Shown here one piece after another: positions 9,719 through 18,200 of a DNA stretch of 29,251 bases. Below the pieces are notes generated by a model, which was not told the origin of the DNA, did not search any database, and was given only the letters and a program-made list of their open reading frames with translations. This stretch comes from a virus. Taxonomy: Duplodnaviria > Caudoviricetes. The position numbers and the translations under genes are program-made. Every line of letters starts with the position of its first letter. Position 1 is the first letter of the stretch. The stretch lies in IMG/VR virus record IMGVR_UViG_3300025637_000046, positions 1-29,251 of that record. One strand, given 5' to 3'.

Positions 9719-12700
9719 ATGGCAAATAAAGTAAAAATATACTCAACCTTAAAATCTGGTAAAGTACAATTTGATGGCTCAAGAGTAAGAAACAAAGAAA
9801 TAGGTTCTCTAGAGGTTAATGCTCATCCAACACTTTCAAATCGCATACAGATTAAATCAAATACGGTATTTAAAAGAGGTAGTAGTACTAATTACAGAGT
9901 CTTCTTTGGTAAATTGAATATCAATAGAATTCAAAACAAGGCTGGGCAAGATTTAGTTGCTGACCTAGGAATGGACAGAGACGCAGTAATAGCTTACGTA
10001 GAAGGACAGATAAAAAAGCCTATTGTAACTGAGTATTTCGAATACAATCCAATTACAGACAGATTAGAAGCAAATAAAAACATTGAAGTAAAGAAGCACG
10101 GTTTCTTTATTGGTGGAAAATACAAAATGGCTTCTGGTAACTCTAATTTATACTACGAAGATTTATCTAATAAAAATAATCAATACCCTGTAATGGGAGA
10201 AGTATTTGACCAATCTTTAGCAGAAAATCAAGTAGCAGGAGCAGGAACATCTACTCCAAAAATGAGGGTATTTGCTGACTTTCAAAGTGTTCCTTTAGGT
10301 GGTTCTCCGGTTAATGATACAGCTATTCCATACGATGGTGAAAACTTTTTTCCTTTCAATATCTCAGGAGTAGGAATTACAACTAGAGTAGCAGAAGTGG
10401 TAACAGCGTCTCAGCAATTAAAATACGAGATAATTATTAATGGAATTTCTGTTTACATTCAGTATTTAGATAACGGAGCTTATGCTGTAAATGATGACAT
10501 TACGTGGTATTTTGACCATCCGTTAGATATTGAAAAAGATACTACATTAAGAGCTACTATATACAAAGTAAGTACTGTAAATAATCAGGAGGTTAATGAC
10601 GGTATATTACAAGTATGTGAGGGCGATGCTTCACCTACAAGATATCAAACAAGTGTATTAAGTAGATTATTTGAAGATAAAGACTTAGAATTAATTAGTC
10701 CTTATTCTAAATTTCAAGCAATGGACTTCGGATTAGACTCTACAGGTTCTACAATACTTTTAAGAGACTTATCTTTAGGAGCTGAAAGCTTACTACAACC
10801 TCACGCAGTTAATACCTTAGAAGCGATTGCTAACGGTACAGCTATAAAGATAAAATCTAAAGGTGGAGCTAAGGTAATAGTAGAGAGTTTACCTGTTAGT
10901 GCTGTAAGTATTGACGGAGCTTTTGTAAATTCAGTACTTAATCAGGCTGTAGTACAATTAAACGCTATATTTACTAATACTGCAGGATTTTCAGGTAGTG
11001 GAGGTGGTAACGATGTTACTAACTTTGTATTAAGTGGTAACGATTTAACTATAAGTTTAACTGATGGAACATCTTATACAGTAGATGTAACTACTTTAGG
11101 AGTAGATGAGAATAAGTTTGTAAATAGTGGAGCTATTAATGGCTCTAACTTAGAGTTAACTATGAGTGACTCATCTATAATTACAATAGACGCTTCTAAT
11201 ATGATTAATGGCTCAAGCGGATTAGCTTCTAATTCAGGCTGGAACATATCTTACGGAACAAATGCTAACGATGCAGTAGCAACGTCTACAAATGATTCTA
11301 CAGTAAATCAACAATTACCTTTCTATTTTGGACAAGCTTTAGAGCAGGGAGCTGAGTTTAAATGGAACTTTCAAAGTCACGGAGGCTCTAACTTAATATT
11401 AGGTATATGGGATGGAGCAGAAGCACCTATAGCTTACAATGGTGGAGCTAATACAGCTTCTAATTGGGGTACAATGTTCATATACGCAGGTGGATTTATA
11501 GCGGGCTCTAATAGTACTTTACTAACTACTAACTCAGGCTCTAAATACGTTGTCTCTAACGGAGATGCAATGGGTATTAGATTTGGCAATGACGGTCACT
11601 TAACGCTAATAGACTATAGCGGTACTAACGAGGTGGCAGTAGCAAAGACTACTATAGCTTTATCAGTTACATCTTTCAATATGCAAATGTACACTTGGGC
11701 AAATGGAGTATTACCCAATGGAATTATAAACAATGTAGATTATATATGGGATATTGTACACGATTTTGCTAACACTGAAGCAGGTATAATTAATGGTATA
11801 TTAGACCATACAGTATTAAAGTCTGCTATATCTATTGAGAAAGGTGAGAAGCTTATGTTTATGTTAGATGAGTTCGGTCAAGGTGATTATTTCGGAACTA
11901 ATTATACTAATGCTTCTAGTGGTGTATCAACTGCAGAAGAACAATTAGATAATCAATTTAGTTATGCAACAAATGAGGCTTTAGACTTTGATTTTAGTGG
12001 AGCATCTGATTGGAATGTTAATACTAATGCTACGTACTATTTTAATAATGGTGCTGGTGTAGTAGGATATAGAAAAGGAGGGGCTAATACAATTCAAGGA
12101 ATGTTCTCTATGAGATTCAATGATGATGGTAAATTAACTATCTATTCTGAAGATAATAATGAGAAGGTAGCAACTGCTAAAGCAGACCCTGCAATAGGTG
12201 GTTCAGTTAACTTATACTTTGGTGTTAAAGGGAATAGAGCTTATTACTCAATTCCTGTAATTTCTAAGCAATCTATTAACGGAGGTTCACAGCCTGATGT
12301 AAATTTTGTACCTACAGTAGCTAATCAAACAGTTAGTGTAACTGAAGCAGATGTTTTAAACTTTCAGATTATATCTAGTGACAATATCGTTAATCAATTT
12401 GTTGAGGTAGATGCTCCTAGTTGGATGACATTAAACCAAAACAGCGGTATATTAAGTGGTACTGCTCCATCTTATTTAGGAACAAGTGCAGATACTATAG
12501 TAGTTAATTGTAAGGCAGGTAATGCTGTAGGAGGTAGTGTAGATTTTACAGTAACAGTAACTGTCGCTCAAATATCTTATACAAATACTAAGTCATTAAA
12601 CTTTAATGGAAGCACTAGCTTTCTACAAGGTAATCCTGTAAATATGAATGCTTTAGATAGAGCTTCTAATGGAGACGGTAATGCTTGGACTATATCTATG

Positions 12701-13327
12701 TGGGTTAAACCTAGTTCTAATACTTCAACTCAAACCTTAATGGTTTACGGAGCAGGAGACGATTATAACGGTGGAGCTATTACATTGAAACAACAAGGAG
12801 GCTCTAGCTTAGTATTAAACTATGGTACTGTATATAATAACATTATATTAGTAGTAGGTAATGCTTTTACTTCAGGTACTTGGCAGAATGTAGTAGTAAC
12901 TTTTGACGGTGGAACTACAGGAAGTGTACCAGCGGATTCAGCTGACTATTACAGTAGATTTGCTATTTATATTGATGGAGTATTACAAACAGCTATAGGA
13001 GTCGCTAGTGGTAGTGGATATGACGGAGTTATAAGTGGAGCTAATCCTAGTGATAATATCTTTAGAATTGGTAGAGCTTCTAATGTGCATAATAACTACT
13101 ATGACGGTACATTTAATCAAATAGCAATTTGGAACACTGATGAGACTGCAAACGTATCTACTATATACAATAGTGGAGCTACTCAAAATCTTAGTCTTTT
13201 GACTAATGCACCTTCTCACTATTACGAAATTGAAACTAGTGTAACAACTATAACAGATATAGAAGGAAACGCAGATTTAACAGGTTATAACTTTGTAAAT
13301 GCAAACTTAGTAACAAATACACCTTAA
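9719..13327 (+). CDS. Large virion adhesion/fibre protein with Ig-like and LamG/ConA-like domains
   Basis: 1202 aa, G/N/S/T-rich; PSWMTLNQNSGILSGTAP (putative Ig); C-terminal SLNFNG..WTISMWVKP..WQNVVVTFDG..IYIDG..FRIG..QIAIWN (LamG). Confidence 0.7.
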   Translation: MANKVKIYSTLKSGKVQFDGSRVRNKEIGSLEVNAHPTLSNRIQIKSNTVFKRGSSTNYRVFFGKLNINRIQNKAGQDLVADLGMDRDAVIAYVEGQIKKPIVTEYFEYNPITDRLEANKNIEVKKHGFFIGGKYKMASGNSNLYYEDLSNKNNQYPVMGEVFDQSLAENQVAGAGTSTPKMRVFADFQSVPLGGSPVNDTAIPYDGENFFPFNISGVGITTRVAEVVTASQQLKYEIIINGISVYIQYLDNGAYAVNDDITWYFDHPLDIEKDTTLRATIYKVSTVNNQEVNDGILQVCEGDASPTRYQTSVLSRLFEDKDLELISPYSKFQAMDFGLDSTGSTILLRDLSLGAESLLQPHAVNTLEAIANGTAIKIKSKGGAKVIVESLPVSAVSIDGAFVNSVLNQAVVQLNAIFTNTAGFSGSGGGNDVTNFVLSGNDLTISLTDGTSYTVDVTTLGVDENKFVNSGAINGSNLELTMSDSSIITIDASNMINGSSGLASNSGWNISYGTNANDAVATSTNDSTVNQQLPFYFGQALEQGAEFKWNFQSHGGSNLILGIWDGAEAPIAYNGGANTASNWGTMFIYAGGFIAGSNSTLLTTNSGSKYVVSNGDAMGIRFGNDGHLTLIDYSGTNEVAVAKTTIALSVTSFNMQMYTWANGVLPNGIINNVDYIWDIVHDFANTEAGIINGILDHTVLKSAISIEKGEKLMFMLDEFGQGDYFGTNYTNASSGVSTAEEQLDNQFSYATNEALDFDFSGASDWNVNTNATYYFNNGAGVVGYRKGGANTIQGMFSMRFNDDGKLTIYSEDNNEKVATAKADPAIGGSVNLYFGVKGNRAYYSIPVISKQSINGGSQPDVNFVPTVANQTVSVTEADVLNFQIISSDNIVNQFVEVDAPSWMTLNQNSGILSGTAPSYLGTSADTIVVNCKAGNAVGGSVDFTVTVTVAQISYTNTKSLNFNGSTSFLQGNPVNMNALDRASNGDGNAWTISMWVKPSSNTSTQTLMVYGAGDDYNGGAITLKQQGGSSLVLNYGTVYNNIILVVGNAFTSGTWQNVVVTFDGGTTGSVPADSADYYSRFAIYIDGVLQTAIGVASGSGYDGVISGANPSDNIFRIGRASNVHNNYYDGTFNQIAIWNTDETANVSTIYNSGATQNLSLLTNAPSHYYEIETSVTTITDIEGNADLTGYNFVNANLVTNTP

Positions 13328-13330
13328 AAT

Positions 13331-13492
13331 ATGGTAATAAAAGCAAAATACCCAATAGTAGGGAATGAATACGTAGGCTTTCAGGGAGTTGGAAGCCTAT
13401 ACGGCGGTAATCAAATATCTAACGTAACTAAGATAGATACATTAAAGACTTTAGTTACTGTAAATGAGTCTAACTTTCCAGACAATTTGTAA
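13331..13492 (+). CDS. Small hypothetical protein (53 aa), not in the ORF track
   Basis: MVIKAKYPIVGNEYVGFQGVGSLYGGNQISNVTKIDTLKTLVTVNESNFPDNL; starts 3 nt after the upstream stop and fills the gap. Confidence 0.65.
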   Translation: MVIKAKYPIVGNEYVGFQGVGSLYGGNQISNVTKIDTLKTLVTVNESNFPDNL

Positions 13493-13502
13493 ATGAATAA
13501 AT

Positions 13503-13518
13503 ACTGTTTTTAAATAAA
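13503..13518 (+). promoter_or_regulatory. Putative late promoter motif, copy 4
   Basis: Exact motif, 6 nt before the ATG at 13525. Confidence 0.75.
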
Positions 13519-13524
13519 GAAATA

Positions 13525-13911
13525 ATGAGTAGAACAATAGTTAATAGTAGTGACGGATTAAATTCGTGGGATATAGAGCAATCTACAAGTACTGCAACAA
13601 ATACAGGTATAGTAGAGACAGTAATAGCAGGAATTAACGAGTCTGAGTTATGGTTAGATAGTGAGTCTACTAGCGTAGTTAACAACACAGGTATAGTAGA
13701 GAGACCAATTACAGGAGTAAGTGATGGTCTTAATTCTTGGGATATAGAACAGTCTACAGGTACAACTAATAGCACTACTACAATTAGATATATTAATCCA
13801 CCTACTATTATACCTAACTTATTAAGTTTATTACAAGCAAGAGCTACATACTATGAGAATGTAACCTGTACAACTGCAATATTAACAGAATTAGAAAACA
13901 TAGAAATATAA
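13525..13911 (+). CDS. Hypothetical virion protein with three 28-29 aa repeats
   Basis: SDGLNSWDIEQST twice and NTGIVE twice; Trp at residues 15, 43 and 72. Confidence 0.65.
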   Translation: MSRTIVNSSDGLNSWDIEQSTSTATNTGIVETVIAGINESELWLDSESTSVVNNTGIVERPITGVSDGLNSWDIEQSTGTTNSTTTIRYINPPTIIPNLLSLLQARATYYENVTCTTAILTELENIEI

Positions 13912-15071
13912 TGGCAAATTTATTAGATTCAGCATCGATTTTACTAACACCTACCGCTTATAATAACGGTAGTATATTAGCTATACAACCAAGTGACGGA
14001 AGCGGTGATATGACATTCTCACGTGGCTCATCAGCTACGAGAGTTAACGCACAGGGATTAATTGAAGATATAGCATCTAACCTACCAAGAATAGACTATA
14101 CAGATGGTTGCGGAAGTCTTTTATTAGAGCCTCAGAGTACGAATTTGGTAACTTATTCGGAGGATTTTAATGGTTCTGGGTGGAGTAATACTGGAACTAC
14201 TATAACTGAAAACCAATCTATTTCTCCAGATGGAAGTTTAAACGCTGATTTAATTGAACTTGATTCTAATTTAGACAGATTAGCTGCTGTTCTTGGCTCT
14301 ACTGGAGGAACTTACACATTTAGTTTTTATATTAAAGCGAAAGAAGGGGAAAGTGGTGTATGGAGAACAAGAGTTAACGGAGATTCTACTTTATGGCAAA
14401 ACACACAAGTTAATGATACAGAATGGACAAGAGTTACACAAACATTTACTAAAACTGGAAGTGGAAATATCGTAGTTTATCCAGCGTATAGAGTTGACGG
14501 AACATCTACTTTGTTTAATGCTTACATATTCGGTGCACAATTAGAAGCCGGCAGTTACGCAACATCGTATATTCCTACACAAGGAGTAATTTCCACAAGG
14601 TTAGCCGATATAGCTACCAATAGCGGAATTGGAAGTTTGATAGGACAAACAGAGGGTACAATATTTTTAGATAGTAAAATGGCTTTACAAAGTATAAATA
14701 ACTATCAATTATTCTCAATAAATAATGCGAGTGGTGTCGATAGAATTAGAATATTAACCGCAACAGCTGGGAGATTAAGGTTTATCTATCAACTTAATAG
14801 TGGTGTTTCTTATAGTTTTTACAATCCAACAGATTATAGTGATTTAACAAGTTTAAAAATTGCTTTTACTTATAAAAGTGGAGATATAAAAGTGTATATA
14901 AATGGGGTTTTAGTTGATAGTTCTACTAATACTTTTACTATTGCACAAACATTAACAAATATAGATTTTGCAACTTCATCGGGTAGATATAATCAAATGT
15001 TGTTTAATAGTGTGCAACTATACAAAACCGCTTTAACAGACGCACAATTAACAGCTTTAACAACAATATAA
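13911..15071 (+). CDS. Putative fibre/spike protein with CBM-like and LamG-like domains
   Basis: TFSRGSSATRVN..PRIDY..LLLEPQSTNL, YTFSFYIK..WTRV..GAQLEAGSYATSYIPT, and C-terminal KIAFTY..VYING..LTDAQLTALT. Confidence 0.7.
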   Translation: MANLLDSASILLTPTAYNNGSILAIQPSDGSGDMTFSRGSSATRVNAQGLIEDIASNLPRIDYTDGCGSLLLEPQSTNLVTYSEDFNGSGWSNTGTTITENQSISPDGSLNADLIELDSNLDRLAAVLGSTGGTYTFSFYIKAKEGESGVWRTRVNGDSTLWQNTQVNDTEWTRVTQTFTKTGSGNIVVYPAYRVDGTSTLFNAYIFGAQLEAGSYATSYIPTQGVISTRLADIATNSGIGSLIGQTEGTIFLDSKMALQSINNYQLFSINNASGVDRIRILTATAGRLRFIYQLNSGVSYSFYNPTDYSDLTSLKIAFTYKSGDIKVYINGVLVDSSTNTFTIAQTLTNIDFATSSGRYNQMLFNSVQLYKTALTDAQLTALTTI

Positions 15072-15092
15072 TCACTAATAGTTATAACCAAA

Positions 15093-15392
15093 ATGAATAT
15101 AGCAAAATACGAGTTTAATAGCAAAGAACAAGCACAGACTAAAATTGATGCTTTAGGAATTGAAACAAATCACGCAATTGTAACTCTAGGACATATAGTC
15201 TTAGAGTCTGCAATAGTTGATGAAGATGGAGAAGTAATAACAGAAGCTGTACTATCTACAGGATGGCACTTAGATGTTATGTGGAGAGGATTAGATGACC
15301 ATCCTTACGGTTGGAAGTCTTATAATGTAGATTTAACTAATGAGGGTTCACACTCTTTTATGGGTGTATCTTACTTAGATAATAAATTTTAA
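15093..15392 (+). CDS. Hypothetical protein, possible fibre-associated chaperone
   Basis: 99 aa acidic ORF directly after the fibre gene. Confidence 0.45.
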   Translation: MNIAKYEFNSKEQAQTKIDALGIETNHAIVTLGHIVLESAIVDEDGEVITEAVLSTGWHLDVMWRGLDDHPYGWKSYNVDLTNEGSHSFMGVSYLDNKF

Positions 15393-15640
15393 TGAAAAGA
15401 TTATCTAATTTTATTAACAACATAAGAGCAGACCATAAAGCTCACTTAATAGTAGGTGTTTTAAGTGGTTTCCCTATGGTATTATTGTTCGGTAATATTG
15501 GCGGATTAATTGCTATTCTTATTTATGCTCTTAAAGAAGTTGTTTACGATAAACTGTTAGGTAGAGGTAATATGGAGTTTTTAGATTGGCTTTACAGTTC
15601 AATCCCTGTGCTTCAATATCTAATCATTTATAACCTCTAG
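15392..15640 (+). CDS. Small membrane protein
   Basis: 82 aa, hydrophobic; DHKAHLIVG...KEVVYD...G..EFLDW pattern reminiscent of VanZ/YfiM-like proteins. Confidence 0.55.
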   Translation: MKRLSNFINNIRADHKAHLIVGVLSGFPMVLLFGNIGGLIAILIYALKEVVYDKLLGRGNMEFLDWLYSSIPVLQYLIIYNL

Positions 15641-15691
15641 TATAGAAAAAAGTTTTAAGTGTCTTAAACCTATGTAGAAATCGCTTACAAT

Positions 15692-15707
15692 ACTGTTTTT
15701 AAATAAA
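15692..15707 (+). promoter_or_regulatory. Putative late promoter motif, copy 5
   Basis: Exact motif, 8 nt before the ATG at 15716. Confidence 0.75.
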
Positions 15708-15715
15708 TAAACCTT

Positions 15716-16201
15716 ATGAACAAAACACAAGACACATTAAGAAAGATTGCAGAGGCTCTAGGAGTTGTAACTGCAGAAGTAAAAACAGACGCTACAGTAG
15801 AAAAAGTAACTGTAGAAGAGAATACCGAAACTAAGGAAAGCGTAGACGTTGTAGAGGACGTAGTAGCTCCTATAGTAGAAGAGAAAGCAGTTGAGGCTGT
15901 TGAAATTATTGAGGAAGCAAAAGAAGAGATTTTAGAACCTAAAGCAGTAGACAAAGTCGAAGAGCCTAAGGAAGACCCTAGAGTAGCTGAAATGCAGAAA
16001 CAAATTGAAGATTTAAAAGCGATATTAACAAACGCATTAAGTCAACCTGAGGAGGAAGCGAAAGTAATACCTGAAGTTAAAGAAGAGCCTAAAGGCTTAA
16101 CTCATAGTCCTGAGAAACTTGTATCTTCTAAAAATACAGGAATAGGCAGAAAAGGAGACTCTATACAAAGTAGAGTTTATAAGTATATTAATAACATTTA
16201 A
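15716..16201 (+). CDS. Capsid scaffolding protein
   Basis: Very E/V/K-rich low-complexity protein with a coiled coil and basic C-terminal helix, immediately upstream of the capsid gene. Confidence 0.65.
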   Translation: MNKTQDTLRKIAEALGVVTAEVKTDATVEKVTVEENTETKESVDVVEDVVAPIVEEKAVEAVEIIEEAKEEILEPKAVDKVEEPKEDPRVAEMQKQIEDLKAILTNALSQPEEEAKVIPEVKEEPKGLTHSPEKLVSSKNTGIGRKGDSIQSRVYKYINNI

Positions 16202-16212
16202 AAAAATAAAAA

Positions 16213-17133
16213 ATGGCAACTACTACAAGTATTACAACTACTTACGCAGGTGAAAAGGCTTCTGGCTTTATCGCTGGAGCTTTATTAAGTGCACCAACTT
16301 TAGACAAAGGTGGTATCACAGTAAAAGCAAACATTAAATATAAACAAGTAATGCAAAAATTAGCTGTTGGTGATATTATCGCTGATGCTTCTTGTGATTT
16401 TACTGCAACTTCTACAGTTACTTTAACTGAGCGTTACTTAATACCTAAAGATTTTCAAGTAAATTTAGAACTTTGTAAGGCTGATTTTGAGCAGGATTGG
16501 TTATCAATTGAGCAAGGTTTCTCTTCTTTTGACGAAGTGCCTAAATCTTTCGCTTCTTACTTAGTAGGACACGTAGCAGGTAAAGTAGCTTCTAAAATGG
16601 AGCAGAACATATGGAACGGAGCTGACGCTAACGCAGGTGAATTTGATGGATTAATCGCTTTAGCTACTGCTGATGCTGATGTAATTGATGTAGTTGGAGC
16701 TTCTGCAGGTGCAGGAGGGATAGATTCTTCAAATATCATCTCAGAATTAGGAAAGGTTTTAGATGCAATCCCAGCAACTATCTACGGAAACGATGGACTT
16801 TCTATCTACATCTCTCAAGCAGATGCACGTTCTTATGTAAGAGCTCAAGCGGCTTTAGGTTATAAAGACCTTTACCACGTTGGACAGACTCAAATGGACT
16901 TTGAAGGTGTTAAATTATTTGTAGCAAACGGATTAGCTTCAGGTACAATTTTAGCAGGTGAGAAAGAGAACTTAATGTTTGGAACTTCTTTACAAAGTGA
17001 TATGAATGAAGTAAGAATTTTAGATTTAAGCGACATTGATGGGAGTCAAAATGTAAGAGTAGTGATGAGATTTTCAGCGACTGTAAATTATGCAATCGGT
17101 TCTGAAATAGTATTACTTACTCCAGCAGTATAA
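16213..17133 (+). CDS. Major capsid protein
   Basis: 306 aa; ITTTYAGE, FQVNLELCK, EQNIWNG, FDGL, DGSQNVRVVMRF motifs of Bacteroidota phage capsids; follows the scaffold gene. Confidence 0.85.
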   Translation: MATTTSITTTYAGEKASGFIAGALLSAPTLDKGGITVKANIKYKQVMQKLAVGDIIADASCDFTATSTVTLTERYLIPKDFQVNLELCKADFEQDWLSIEQGFSSFDEVPKSFASYLVGHVAGKVASKMEQNIWNGADANAGEFDGLIALATADADVIDVVGASAGAGGIDSSNIISELGKVLDAIPATIYGNDGLSIYISQADARSYVRAQAALGYKDLYHVGQTQMDFEGVKLFVANGLASGTILAGEKENLMFGTSLQSDMNEVRILDLSDIDGSQNVRVVMRFSATVNYAIGSEIVLLTPAV

Positions 17134-17141
17134 TAAATATT

Positions 17142-17178
17142 TAGTTAAACTACCTCTTTAATTAGGGGTAGCTAACTA
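17142..17178 (+). other. Intergenic hairpin after the capsid gene
   Basis: TAGTTA-AA-CTACCTCT-TTAATT-AGGGGTAG-C-TAACTA; no U-tract. Confidence 0.6.
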
Positions 17179-17210
17179 TCTAATAATTAATAACTTAAAT
17201 CAAAAAAATT

Positions 17211-17726
17211 ATGGCTTGCAATATTTCAGCTGGTAGATTAGAAGGATGTAAAGACTCAGTAGGAGGCTTGAACGCTATCTATTTTATCAACTATGGAGCT
17301 CCAGAGGGGTTCGCAGTAACAGATGAAACAATAACAGGAGTAACGGCGACTACGCCTTCTGCTTTTAAATATGACCTTAAAGGTACATCTACATTTGACC
17401 AATCGTTAACATCTTCAAGAGATAACGGTACTACATTTGCAGAACAAACTTTAACAGTATCTTTAAAGAAACAAGATGCTACAACTCACAAAGAAGTAAA
17501 GCTTTTAGCTTATGGAAGACCTCACATTATCATTGAAGATAACAACGGTTTACTATGGGTTATGGGTGAAGAATTTGGTGTAGAAATGAATGCTACAACA
17601 AGTACAGGAGCTTCTTTAGGAGACAAAAGTGGATATGAATTAGTATTCGCAGGAATGGAGAAAGGATTAGCTAAGTCCTACGTAGGCGTTTTAGCAACTG
17701 ATTTCGCTATTACTGTAGGTGCTTAA
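17211..17726 (+). CDS. Major tail (tube) protein
   Basis: 171 aa; MAC..GR.E.CKDSVGGL..IYF, SRDNGTTF.EQTL, GRPHIIIEDNNG motifs. Confidence 0.7.
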   Translation: MACNISAGRLEGCKDSVGGLNAIYFINYGAPEGFAVTDETITGVTATTPSAFKYDLKGTSTFDQSLTSSRDNGTTFAEQTLTVSLKKQDATTHKEVKLLAYGRPHIIIEDNNGLLWVMGEEFGVEMNATTSTGASLGDKSGYELVFAGMEKGLAKSYVGVLATDFAITVGA

Positions 17727-17747
17727 TACCTAGATTATTGAATTATT

Positions 17748-17778
17748 AAAGGCTACTGTAAAAGGTAGCTTTTTTTTT
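17748..17778 (+). terminator. Rho-independent terminator
   Basis: AAAGGCTACT-GTAAAA-GGTAGC followed by T9. Confidence 0.85.
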
Positions 17779-17785
17779 GCTTAAA

Positions 17786-17801
17786 ACTGTTTTTAAATAA
17801 A
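17786..17801 (+). promoter_or_regulatory. Putative late promoter motif, copy 6
   Basis: Exact motif right after a terminator, 8 nt before the ATG at 17810. Confidence 0.78.
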
Positions 17802-17809
17802 GTAACTAA

Positions 17810-18199
17810 ATGAATTACATAAATACAACTACAGAAGGTGCTGTAAGCTTATTCTTAAACCTAAAGATATCTACTGAATTAGCAGTAGCTTCTACTTTGG
17901 TTTGGACTATGACTAAAGACGGTAACGATGTAGCAGGCGTAAACTTTAGCACTCCTTCAACTAATTACAACCTATTAGCTAATAATAGCTATTCTCAGAG
18001 ACTTTCTGCAGATTTCTATACAGATGGGTTAACTTTAGAAAATAATGCTTTCTATGCGATTAAAGCTACTTTAGATGGTGTAGTAGTTTACAGAGGAAAA
18101 GCTTACGCTACAGATGTAGATGCAAATAGTGTATCTATACACAATAATACTAAGTACGTTAAAAATAACACTACAAACGAATACGTAATAATAAATTAA
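17810..18199 (+). CDS. Hypothetical structural protein (possible head closure)
   Basis: 129 aa beta-rich ORF between the tail tube and portal genes. Confidence 0.45.
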   Translation: MNYINTTTEGAVSLFLNLKISTELAVASTLVWTMTKDGNDVAGVNFSTPSTNYNLLANNSYSQRLSADFYTDGLTLENNAFYAIKATLDGVVVYRGKAYATDVDANSVSIHNNTKYVKNNTTNEYVIIN

Positions 18200-18200
18200 T

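Noticed and set aside
13549-13765. Near-duplicate DNA segments as a DGR template/variable repeat pair
   Set aside because: Differences are mostly synonymous and not adenine-specific, both copies are in one ORF, and there is no reverse transcriptase in the window
15668-15679. ACCTATGTAGAA identical to 22983-22994
   Set aside because: A single 12-mer match in an AT-rich 29 kb sequence is compatible with chance
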